This document shows positions 1-10,657 of a stretch of DNA of 64,000 nucleotides, piece after piece. Every line of letters begins with the position of its first letter. Position 1 is the stretch's first letter. Location: NCBI GenBank assembly GCA_040357565.1, contig JBDODJ010000018.1; one strand, given 5' to 3'. The DNA comes from Cercozoa sp. M6MM (Eukaryota; Protista; Endomyxa: Ascetosporea). The notes under the pieces are model-generated. The model made no database searches. It saw only the letters and a list, made by a program, of their open reading frames with translations, and was not told where the DNA came from. The translations under genes were made by a program, and so were the position numbers.

Positions 1-2762
1 GCCTGCAGCGACGTACGTGATGCGGCTCGCTTGGCCTCTGTTAGTTTGCACTGTCTTGTTGCCGTTCTTGCCTCTGGTTTACCATTATGTTACCACCTCA
101 GGTGTGCAAGCCATGGAACCGCGCACTCCGCTCGCACCAGGTCTTGTGGAAACACCTCGTGATGCAACAGTGGCCACACACACAGGTAGATTGAGCTGCT
201 TCAATATACTCCGGCTGACCATCCCAAGTGTGTGTTGTCCAGGAGAAGAAGGATGTCGATTGGTTCTCGCTATTCGCGGTGCGTGCCATGGTGAGTAATT
301 GGGCCTACAGTCATGCACATGTCTGTCGTACCATCCATGACATGGAAATTTAGGCTGGTTCGCATGCGACCGTTTCAATCGAGAACTGCGACTTTGGGAT
401 GCTCACACGGCAGTCCAGCAGCAGTGGGGTACATTTGGTTCTTTCTCCAGACTGGGTATGAGTTTAACACGCACATATCTGCAGGAGTGGCGCGATCACG
501 CGACATTTCGTTTCCAGTGTCCTCTCCGCGTGGACGGTCCTCTTATGCGACGCACTGACAAGGGTAGAAACTGGGTCAACGCAGACACCGGGATGATGTG
601 GAAAGTGACCACGTGTGTGTGCAGTCGACGTGGACCATTGTCTCGTGTGTCAGCGTGATGTGCACATCGTCGATGCTGTGCCTGATTTGCTGCGTGTCGT
701 GGATTCGTACTCTTTTAATCTTGCCCGACGGTATATGACTGTGTGTGCGCGCATTGCTTGTTATATTGCAGCGGCGAGTGCGTGCGTTTCGCAGCGGATG
801 AGAAAGGAAAGGTGTTGCAACTAAGTGTAAATGTTTGGGGATGCACCCTCTGGGAGCATGAATATTCTGCGCAGATTGTTGAATACAGAAAGGGTGCCGG
901 CGAGCTGCGCTTGATGGCTGGTCTAATGATGTAGCATTTCCTTTGATGTCCCCCTTATTTTGTTCACTGCCTCTTTTCACACAGGCAAAACACACGTCTG
1001 TTTGGCGAGCAAGCACTTGCAAAACAGTTCGGGCTGCACTCGCCCAAGTGGCCTCTCCTCTTTGGCAACAAGTTTGCCGACGCTGACATGTGGGGCTACC
1101 TTGTGATGATGCCATTCAACGCGTGTGCCTTTCATCTACAAGATCATGCGTTATGAGGAGGTGTGTGTGTGTGTGTGTATATGGACACGCGCTTGTGCGT
1201 GTAGACGGAGTCCGAGATGAGAATCTGCTGTTTGAAGAGAGCCAGCACAATGTATTCTTGACAATTCGCAAGGTCCGTCAAACTCTATTTGATCTGACCT
1301 GTGTGTGTCTGCTGGACGACGTGCTGGACGTGTGTTTTCACCAAGACCATACCATGCCGTTTGTATGCAGACTCCGACTCGCCAGGAGGCAACCAACATG
1401 TGCGAGTTGTTCTTTGACTTCGAGGTATAAGACACCTGAGACTTCAAACGAGGGCGCTTGTGATGCGATTTTGCTGCGCACAGGCGCCGTCGATTTCGTT
1501 GCTGCACGAAGCAGCCTGTGTGCGATCATTGTATGAGTCTGAAAAAAGCAAAGATGCCGACGAAACCGACGTGCAGACTGTGGTGCTGTCGATGTCAGCC
1601 TCGCACACGACCGCTACCCTGCTAGTCGACACCAACATCGACACTGACACTGACACTGATAACTCGAGTGTGTACGTCACTCATATCACCCCTGACTGCA
1701 AGGGAATCTGCGTGTCGGGCGATGTCGTTGGCGATGACATCTGCCAGTGGTTGCAGCGGCGTGCTTCTTTAGTCAAGAGTAACTCTTTGGTCCTTGTACC
1801 TCTTAAACCTATATCGCTACCCTTTGTCTACCTGCAGTGCCCAAAAGACGCAACGTAAGTGAGGGTGACATCAGCAAACCCGCACTACCGGCACAAGTTA
1901 TTCTCTCGGACGAGCGGCATCGCTCAGGTTTTGGCATTGTTGCACACAAGGTACTTCACTCAAACTTTTCTTGTCGCTGTTCATCTCGACGTGCGTATGT
2001 GAAGCTGGTGCACACATGTGCGTCGCGCGACGAGTTCGACCGCGTGATGGAACAAACTAACACCAATCTCCGTGCTGACACCATGCTGTGTGCAGAGCTG
2101 CCTGTGTTTGAGAATTTCAACGGTATCTTTTCTGTGTGCAATTGCTTGGGTTTATGAGCACGAACGTCTGTCGCTCTGTCTGCACAGACCTGTTTGAAGA
2201 AGGTGGCACCTTTAGCGTCTCGCTGAAGGAGGCAGCGTTCGCTGGTGAGTGCCGTTTCCAGCGACTGCTGGCATGTTCCACTGTTCCGGAGCTGCTGGAG
2301 TCGCTGGTATAGATCTTGTTTGCTGCCTTCTGGGTTTTCTTGACTTATAGTACAATGTGCATGTCCTTATCTCAATGAACTCAGCTGCAAGAGGCACGTA
2401 ACCGTGGTGCGTCCGTGTCGACCAAGCTGTGCGTACTGGTGGAAGGTGCCTACGCCAGCGATGGTTTCTGCGAGCGACTCCAGCACGAACTGCAACAGCT
2501 CCTACCCGAAGGTACATCTGCCTCTGTTGCCCGTACTTCTGTGAGTCCTCCCTCATGTGCCACTACGCCAGTTCATCACTGGAGTGTGCACAACATGGGC
2601 GTCGACGCCGTGCACCAGGGTGCCGTGCAGCTCGCCAGTGCATCGCCAGAGCGGCAGCGACGCCACGTGCTTGTGACGGTGCGTAGCAGCACCGGCGAAC
2701 AGGCAGGACAGTCGCTCGACGACGCTGTATGCGCCTTGACGCATGCGAAACCCCGTCATTAA
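1..2762 (+). CDS. 5'-truncated multi-exon gene: F-box + Cys-rich domain + divergent actin-related (actin-fold) domain
   Basis: Manual splicing gives VCKPWNRALRSHQVLWKHL (F-box end) and IENCD..FRFQCP..HCLVC..GECV. An actin-like series follows: LFGEQALAKQFGLHSPKWPL, HNVFLTIRKTPTRQEATNMCELFFDFEAPSISL..VRSLYES, GDDICQWL, VLVEGAYASDGFCERLQHELQQLLP, AVHQGAVQLAS. The apparent TAG at 932-934 lies at the start of a GT..AG intron (931-983). Confidence 0.7.
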
Positions 2763-2807
2763 TATTGATTCGATACTGACTGGACGTCGGCGTAAACCGC
2801 GCCGTCT

Positions 2808-3450
2808 TTAAGTACTCCGCTGCAGGACATTAGGTTGTTGTCCGGTCGGTTGCATGTTGACGTCCGCGCCGGTCGACAGACTTTTCGATACGAACCCCTG
2901 ACGTCTAAACGATAGAACTAAATAGGTAGCCGGGGTTTGGATGGCCCCACCCGAAGCGAGTGGTGGATTACGGCCATGCTCTTGTGACCCACCCCCACGA
3001 GACTGACTCAATCCCACGTGTTAGCTGGAGAATTCACCCTTAAAATACATATACCACAATCTACTTATCTATGGTGCTGTACTCCGTCATTGAGTATGTC
3101 GCGGTTTCGTGTGAGGCTCACCTTCGCTAAGATTGGATGCTGTCTCAGTCTCTGCTTCGACCCACCGATGCTACCAGCGAGTACGGATTGCGTCGCATTG
3201 GGCCAGCGAAGGAGACGATCTGGGCAACTAGTGACAAAACACAGTGTTTCATTACGCTTCATGTGCGTTTTACAATGACTGTATCTGTACCATCTGCAGC
3301 TCGGGCTGACGCGGGTGGAACTGTCACCGGCTTCCCCATCAAAGCGTCGAGGTAGCGTTTTGGCACCGTGCACGTGACACTTTGGCGAGCGTTTTTTCGA
3401 TGCCGTCACATGGGGAACCGTTTACCCAGTTCACCGAGAAGCTAGCCATT
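2808..3450 (-). CDS. possible small spliced hypothetical gene
   Basis: Intron-like GT..AG segments and short ORFs on the minus strand; no recognisable motif and the frame is not resolved. Confidence 0.2.
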
Positions 3451-3944
3451 GCGGCCCTAGCAATTTAATTTTGTCATATCGCCAAGACGCGCATTTGGAG
3501 TGCTCGCTCTTCAAGGCGAAAATCTGAGGTGTATAGCGAAAATAAATTCGAAACACCCACGACCCGTTCCCGGCACCGTGCGGCCGAAACCCGAGCCGTT
3601 TCATTTTACTGCAAGAGCACGAGAACTGAACTAAACTGGCTGAATCCAGCTGAGGGAATTTACGCTCACGGTGGAGCCGGTATGCCCAAACCAGGATTGC
3701 ACTTAACTAGTACAGTACTCTAGATGTGCGAGTATCGTACCGTGAATTAGCGTCGTACCGTACTGAACGCAGATTACTGTAATTCAAACTGCGCTGGTAA
3801 CGCCTGCAGCTACAGTAATGATCACTTTTGGGTAGTAGCCACAGCCGTCGCGGGCGGCGGAGCCGGCTTGACGTCACGGCTGCACAGAAACAGGTTATTC
3901 CGGGTAATGCCAGATTGTATACAGTGACAAGGAGTGCGTCAAAT

Positions 3945-4479
3945 TTACATGCGTTCTCCAGTCACAGCGAAGTGTTGAGCCGAAGCCTTGTCGACACGAA
4001 TGTCTAGTTGGATCGGAGGTGCCTTCGCTGCGCGTCTGGCGATAAGTGCCTCCACTGTTGCAAGCTACGCAATGGAAACGACGAGTGACGGACGATGGAG
4101 TCGAATTGACGGAATGTAAGCTTACATTTTGTCTGCGAGCATATCGCCTCCAAAGCGCAAAGAACTTTCCTGCCTTCAGCGTACTTTTCGTCTGCATGGC
4201 AGCCAGCATTAGGGTGTGCATCTGCTGCAGTCTTTCGACGTCATTGATACCTATTTACAAATCAACATGTCCTACAAAAACAATATCCCCATCGCCACCA
4301 AGCGCCACTTTTTGATTTCCCAGCCCACCAACCACGTCAAACGCGATTTGCTCCAGCATCCCTTCCGAGTAGTTTCGATTACCAGATAACGTGGCGCTTG
4401 ATGGCGAACCAAACTTTCCGTAGATTGGATGTTGTCTGCGTCCGCGCGGATCTGCGGTGATCGGAGTGTCAAACAACAT
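3945..4479 (-). CDS. hypothetical protein (3 exons)
   Basis: ATG at 4479. Two GT-AG introns join MLFDTP..NQKVALG/INDVERLQQMHTLML..RRQN/LATVEALIARR..GERM*. Divergent from the YbaK gene. Confidence 0.5.
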
Positions 4480-4611
4480 CTGCGAAACAACTTGAAAAAG
4501 TTGAGAAACGTCATCGCAAGCACCTCCCGCACTAGGATTGCTATTCGGTGCTTTATTAAAGCGTTTTTAGAGGGCACACACTGCCACGTACAGTTGCGAT
4601 CCTGTGTCAGC

Positions 4612-5788
<1,177 letters not shown>

Positions 5789-5911
5789 TTAAGACAGCGG
5801 TCATGCCACGCCTTGATACTCGCGAGCGAGTTGATGATAGTTCGCTTATGACCCACCCCAGCAGGACTGATACAGGGAAACTACATAGTTGGTTTCGTTT
5901 CTTAGTAGATT

Positions 5912-5949
5912 GAACTAACTACCGTACGGTAGTCGAGTTCAGTTAGTTC
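5912..5949. terminator. palindromic element at the junction of convergent genes; candidate 3'-end/termination signal
   Basis: Perfect 16-bp palindrome actaccgtacggtagt (5918-5933) plus inverted gaactaact (5912-5920) / agttagttc (5941-5949). Confidence 0.35.
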
Positions 5950-7231
5950 GCATGGTCAAGGTGCAGATCAACGATCACCGTCACGTCAGTCTCGTCGCTC
6001 ACGCAGGCGTAGGAACCGTCAGCCCCTACATACAAAAATGCGGCACTGGAGAAAGGAAGATAGCACGGGAGAGTGTGTGTGTACGCAGGTGTCGCCTCAC
6101 ATCGGCAGCGATGGCAGCGCGCACCTGCGCCGTGAGTGCCGGCAGCGAGGGCTCGGGCGGCGACGCGGTGGCACGGCACCACACGACGACGTCGCTGCCG
6201 GTGGCAGAGAACACGGCGCCACTCGGTCCGCCTTCGTGCACGTGCGAGTCGCCGTGCGAGTGGCCATGTGAGTGACTGTGACTGTGGCCGTGCGAGTGAC
6301 TGTGACTGTGGCCGTGCGAGTGACTGTGACCGTGTGAGTGACTGTGATTGTGATCGCGTGAGTGACTATGTGAGTGCCCATGTGAGTGCTCAAGATCATG
6401 ACTATGACTGTGACCATGTGAGTGACCGTGTGAGTGACCATGCGAGTGACCATGACCGCCATCACCGAGCTGGCACTGATCGGCTAGCGCGCGCAGCGTG
6501 GTGCCGAAACTTGCCTCGCGCAGCTGCGGGAAATCGCGCAGCACACGGCGCCGCAACTGACCCAGGAAACCGTCGCTGCCCGGGAAGGGAGGACAAATTG
6601 TCAGAGTAAAGGGGTAGAGGGTAGAGGGTAGAGGGTAGAGGGTAGATGGTAGGGGGTAGGGGGTAAGGGGTAAGGGGTAAATAGTAAAAAGTGAATTGAT
6701 AAATTGTAAAGAGGAAAAGGTTAAAGTGTAAAGATGGATACTTATAGAGTCGCTTTGGCGTCATGTGCAGCAGCGTGCGCATCACTTGTGCGAACAGCGG
6801 AGCCACTCTGGGGGGGGGGGTAAATGGGGCATGGGGTACGGGGCAATAGCACAGGCTACAGGTAGACAGAGATAGCGGCGGCCACGACGATCTTGGTGGC
6901 CTCGATGGTGCGCATGTTACTCAGCACACCGTCAGTGGCGCCATCAGTACCCTCAGTGGCACCGTCAGTACCGTCAGTGGTACTCTTTGAAGCGTCAGTG
7001 ACACCGTGTTGCACCGTGGCCCACGAGGCCGCGAGCCAGGTGAGGCACATGTCACACGCACGTGCCAGTACCAGTAGCATGGCACTGGCACCCAGGATAC
7101 GATCGCCCGGCAGGTGACCATCCAGTAGATGAGTGACCACCTGATCGCGTGCCAAATAGACCAGTGTCACCGTTAGTGTCACTGCCTGCAGGAAGGCCAT
7201 CACCGTCCACACCGCATCGTGTGTCTCCAGT
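5943..7231 (-). CDS. 3' part of a divergent cation diffusion facilitator (ZnT5/6/7-like) membrane protein with a His-rich tract; 5' part lost in N gap
   Basis: Exons encode RLE..VMAFLQAVTLTVTLVYL (TM3-like), further hydrophobic helices, VAPLFAQVMRTLLHMTP (CDF post-TM6 LLQxTP-like), a (HSHG)n tract and an alpha/beta C-terminal segment ending VTVIVDLHLDHAN*. Confidence 0.5.
6240..6460 (-). repeat. coding His/Ser/Gly low-complexity repeat with 24-nt tandem units
   Basis: Plus strand shows repeated gagtgactgtgactgtggccgtgc; the minus strand translates as HGHSHSHS repeats. Confidence 0.9.
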
Positions 7232-7253
7232 CTACATACAAAGGTACTCAGGC

Positions 7254-7301
<48 letters not shown>

Positions 7302-7401
7302 NNNNNNNNNNNNNNNNNNNNNNNNNNNNNNNNNNNNNNNNNNNNNNNNNNNNNNNNNNNNNNNNNNNNNNNNNNNNNNNNNNNNNNNNNNNNNNNNNNN
7401 N
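7302..7401. other. assembly gap (100 N)
   Basis: N run flanked by (CA)n and a G run. Confidence 1.
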
Positions 7402-7424
7402 GGGGGGGGGGAAGTGAAGTGCAC

Positions 7425-8183
7425 GTGCAACTGCGTCATTTCGGCTGTGAGCGAGTCGCGAACAGCGTCTCGCAGATGCACCCGGCACAGGGCGTGCAGC
7501 ACGAGAACCGCCTGTCTGACCAAAGGCTCCTCAGCGAGAGTCCAGCGCTGCTCACTGCGCTCAGTCTCGGTCGACGAGGCCATCACGGCCAGCAGCACCA
7601 CCTGTGCCACGTCATGGATGCCCTGCACGTAGTGTATCCGCGCATCGGCAGCGAACACGGCGTCCAGCACCACGCGCAGCTGCACGCGACGGCGCTCGCA
7701 CTCGGCCTCGCTGCGCCGCTCCTCGCTGTGCGGGAAAAAGAAGCTGCGCTCGACGTCCTTCGCCACCACCAGTTCGAACTCGTGACTGCGCACTTCCTTC
7801 AGGCACTGACGCCGCTGCTGCACCTTGCTGTCCCCCTCGCTAAGTGAGGAAGTTGGCGTCTCGTCCAGGTCGACCGGCTCCTTCTCACCAGAGTCGCAGA
7901 AGAGAGCACGCGCATTCGCGAACCTCGTTGGAAGATCAAAAAGCGACTCTTCAATGTCGTGTGCCAACTCGCGTGTGCTACTGTTGGACGAAGGCGACAG
8001 CTCGGCCTCGTCGCATGTCGTCCCGATTGGACTGTTCTCTCTCAGCGCGCTGCTCGCCGGAAGACCAAGTAGAGCTGGCCAAACTTGCACTCGAAGCTCA
8101 GCAGGTACGGCTTCTGCGCGAACACGCTTCCGCAGCGACGAAACATCACGAAGGGCCACAAGCTCTCGCCAACTCTCCGACAT
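7425..8183 (-). CDS. TBC-domain Rab GTPase-activating protein (TBC1D20/Gyp8-like), first exon; 3' part lost in N gap
   Basis: ELRVQVWPALLG, VAKDVERS (Arg finger), HYVQGIHDV (Gln finger, YxQGxHD type), HLRD. The C-terminal TBC subdomain is not present in the visible sequence. Confidence 0.85.
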
Positions 8184-8254
8184 TTCCAAAACTACGGAAC
8201 CAATAAAACCCCACGATCTCGTTGCGCGCTAGCACCGATCAGTCGGCTAGCTGT

Positions 8255-8380
8255 GCATACAATCAGCAGTACAGTATCGTGCACTACTGCACTGTAGTTC
8301 TACTGTACTGTACTGGACTGTACGGTGGATGTTCCTTGTAGCCAGCCGTTGGGACCAGGGTTGTACAATTGTACCGTGCA
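8255..8380. promoter_or_regulatory. GTAC/CTGTA-rich cluster in the divergent TBC/DOCK intergenic region
   Basis: cagtacagtatcgtgcactactgcactgtagttctactgtactgtactggactgtacgg; similar clusters occur in other intergenic regions. Confidence 0.35.
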
Positions 8381-8620
8381 GCCATGCACCCCCAAAACTT
8401 TTGTCGACTTCACCAGAGTGACCAGGTGGTGCCAGGTGCTCAGTGCTAAGTGTGCCGCCGGTTAAGAGTTGGGCAGCGCTCAGAGACACGTTTCCTTCCT
8501 TTGGTCAGGCCTTGGATTTTTCCCCTGGTCGGTTGGCGATCGTGCGTGCCAGGTGAGAAAAGCCTCGTATTCTTTGGAACAAACCAAAGCTCACACCAAA
8601 TCACTCTCCAGGGTCCAAAA

Positions 8621-10572
8621 ATGGAGGTCGAAACGACCGTCACCACCGAGACGGTGCGCAGCACCCAGGCTTCGTCTGCCCACCGACTACCGCAGCGAGA
8701 TGACGACCATTCGCTGCTCGCGTATCATCAATACTGAGATACTTCGTTCCACACGATGGCACTCTTTTGTGTAGGTGTGCTCTGCGTGAAGCCCACTCAA
8801 CGCGTCTAGTGCAGGTATGTTTGCCTGAGAGCAGACCTGACAAATGACACATTTAGTTACTGCTGCGTTTTTTGGATTTAGGTGAACGTGTCGAGTTCGA
8901 GCGTTGAATTTAAGCAGCGCTCGCAGCAAGACGACGATGATTTTGCGCTGCGCTTCAACTGCGACCTGCAGAAACGCGACCGCACGGCCGTGGCGCAGCG
9001 CAAGCGGCACGAGGAAGCCAAGCGTTCGCTCGCTGCCGCGGCCGAAAAGGTGTGGCACGCCTGAGTGCTGTAGTGCCTTGTCGTGATCCTCCGATACTGT
9101 TGTTTTTGTGGTTATGATAGCGCATGGAGAAGATCAAGCTGCGCAGCGAGGCCACGGAGGAACTGGACGCGACCAACGTGAGTGACTCGGTCGCTGACAG
9201 CACCCACACGACCACCGAGGCCGCCAGGGACGACGAGCCCTCTGTTGCTCCCGAGGAGGACGAGAACTCGCCTTTTCACCAGGACATGCAACCGAGCGCT
9301 CTGGTGACGGACTTTGCGTTGGCCCCAGCAACGACTGAATCGGTGCGCAAGCTCATCGACAACGCCAAGGACCAGCAACTTGGCCTCATGCACAAATACT
9401 GCCGCACGCTGCCTGCCGAGGTACTACTCTCTTCATCCTCTTTTTGGGGTCTGTATGTATTGTGCCTGCTGGCAGTATCAAACACAACCGGGACGCTACG
9501 CGTTGCCGCCGCTGTGGAAGCAGCCAGAGATGTCGTCGATCCTGGTAGCTTGTCCCACCCTGAATAGATGATGCAGAATGCATTCGTTTTTATTTTAGGT
9601 CTCGTTCGACACGATCTGCATGGGCACCACGCGTCAGATTGAGCCGTTTTTTCTCTCGGCGAGTCTGTTTGACACCAACACACAGCAGCGTGTGTCCGAA
9701 TGGTTCCACACCGACAGTCTGAACGGTACCACTCACCTGTACGTGTTTTACTCTGATCCACACACCTGCTTTTTGTAGACGAGTCGACCTTGACAGGGTA
9801 TCTTGCGGAGACTTGATATGTGTTCTTAAGCAAGGTCATGTTGCAATACATTTAGCGACTTGAACGTCATGCGGAGCCTTAGCACTCCCGTCACCAGAAG
9901 TCGAACGGTGCGCTGCATGTGTGACCTCAAGGATGTGTTGTACCACATGTGTCTTGTATGTACACAGGCGATCTTCAAGGTGGCGGAGCGGCGGCCGGAA
10001 ATCATCTTAGTGGTGCGCGTGGAACGCGTGCTTCAGGGCGACAATGACGCGGCCTCCAAGCCGTACCTCAGTCAGCGCGAGTTGGAGAAGCTCGGCAACC
10101 CAAAGGAGCTGGACAAGCTGTCAAACAAGGCGCGCGAGACCATCAGTCGCCTCGTCAAGTGGCGCACGAGTTTTGCCTGGTGCTTCCAGCGTCTCTTTGA
10201 CGCCGAGGGCAACCTCCAGCCGTCGAACGCGAGTCTTGGAGGCTCGCTGGGTGCTGCCGCCGAACAGTCGTCGGACCCGCTGCTGGCGCCGCGTGCCTAC
10301 GAGATTCCGCAACTGTTCTACCAGAAGGAGCCTGAAAGCGAGTACGACTTTGCGTGCCGCGTCTCTCAGTGCGCCAATGATCCCTCGGTACTGCGCAAGC
10401 AGAAGCAGTTCCCGACGGCGTGGCTGCGTCTCGCCGCTCGCTACCTGGAGCGCGACATGCCGCAGCATCGCGTGGACGGACAGTGCATCCCGCTGAGTCT
10501 GCCGCCTTCGGCCTCGCCGGTGCAACTCGATGAGGACGAAGGTATTTTCTTTATGTTGTTGCCTGCCTGCCT

Positions 10573-10657
<85 letters not shown>

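Noticed and set aside
2925-3020. tRNA/SRP/U6-like RNA
   Set aside because: No cloverleaf, no ACAGAGA box and no SRP helix-8 motif found; only short hairpin arms.
6240-6460. CRISPR-like array
   Set aside because: Tandem coding repeat without unique spacers, in a eukaryotic context.
6610-6680. G-rich repeat resembling telomeric DNA
   Set aside because: Irregular GGGTAGA/GGGGTAA units inside an intron, with no TTAGGG array; it belongs to the TACCC intron class.
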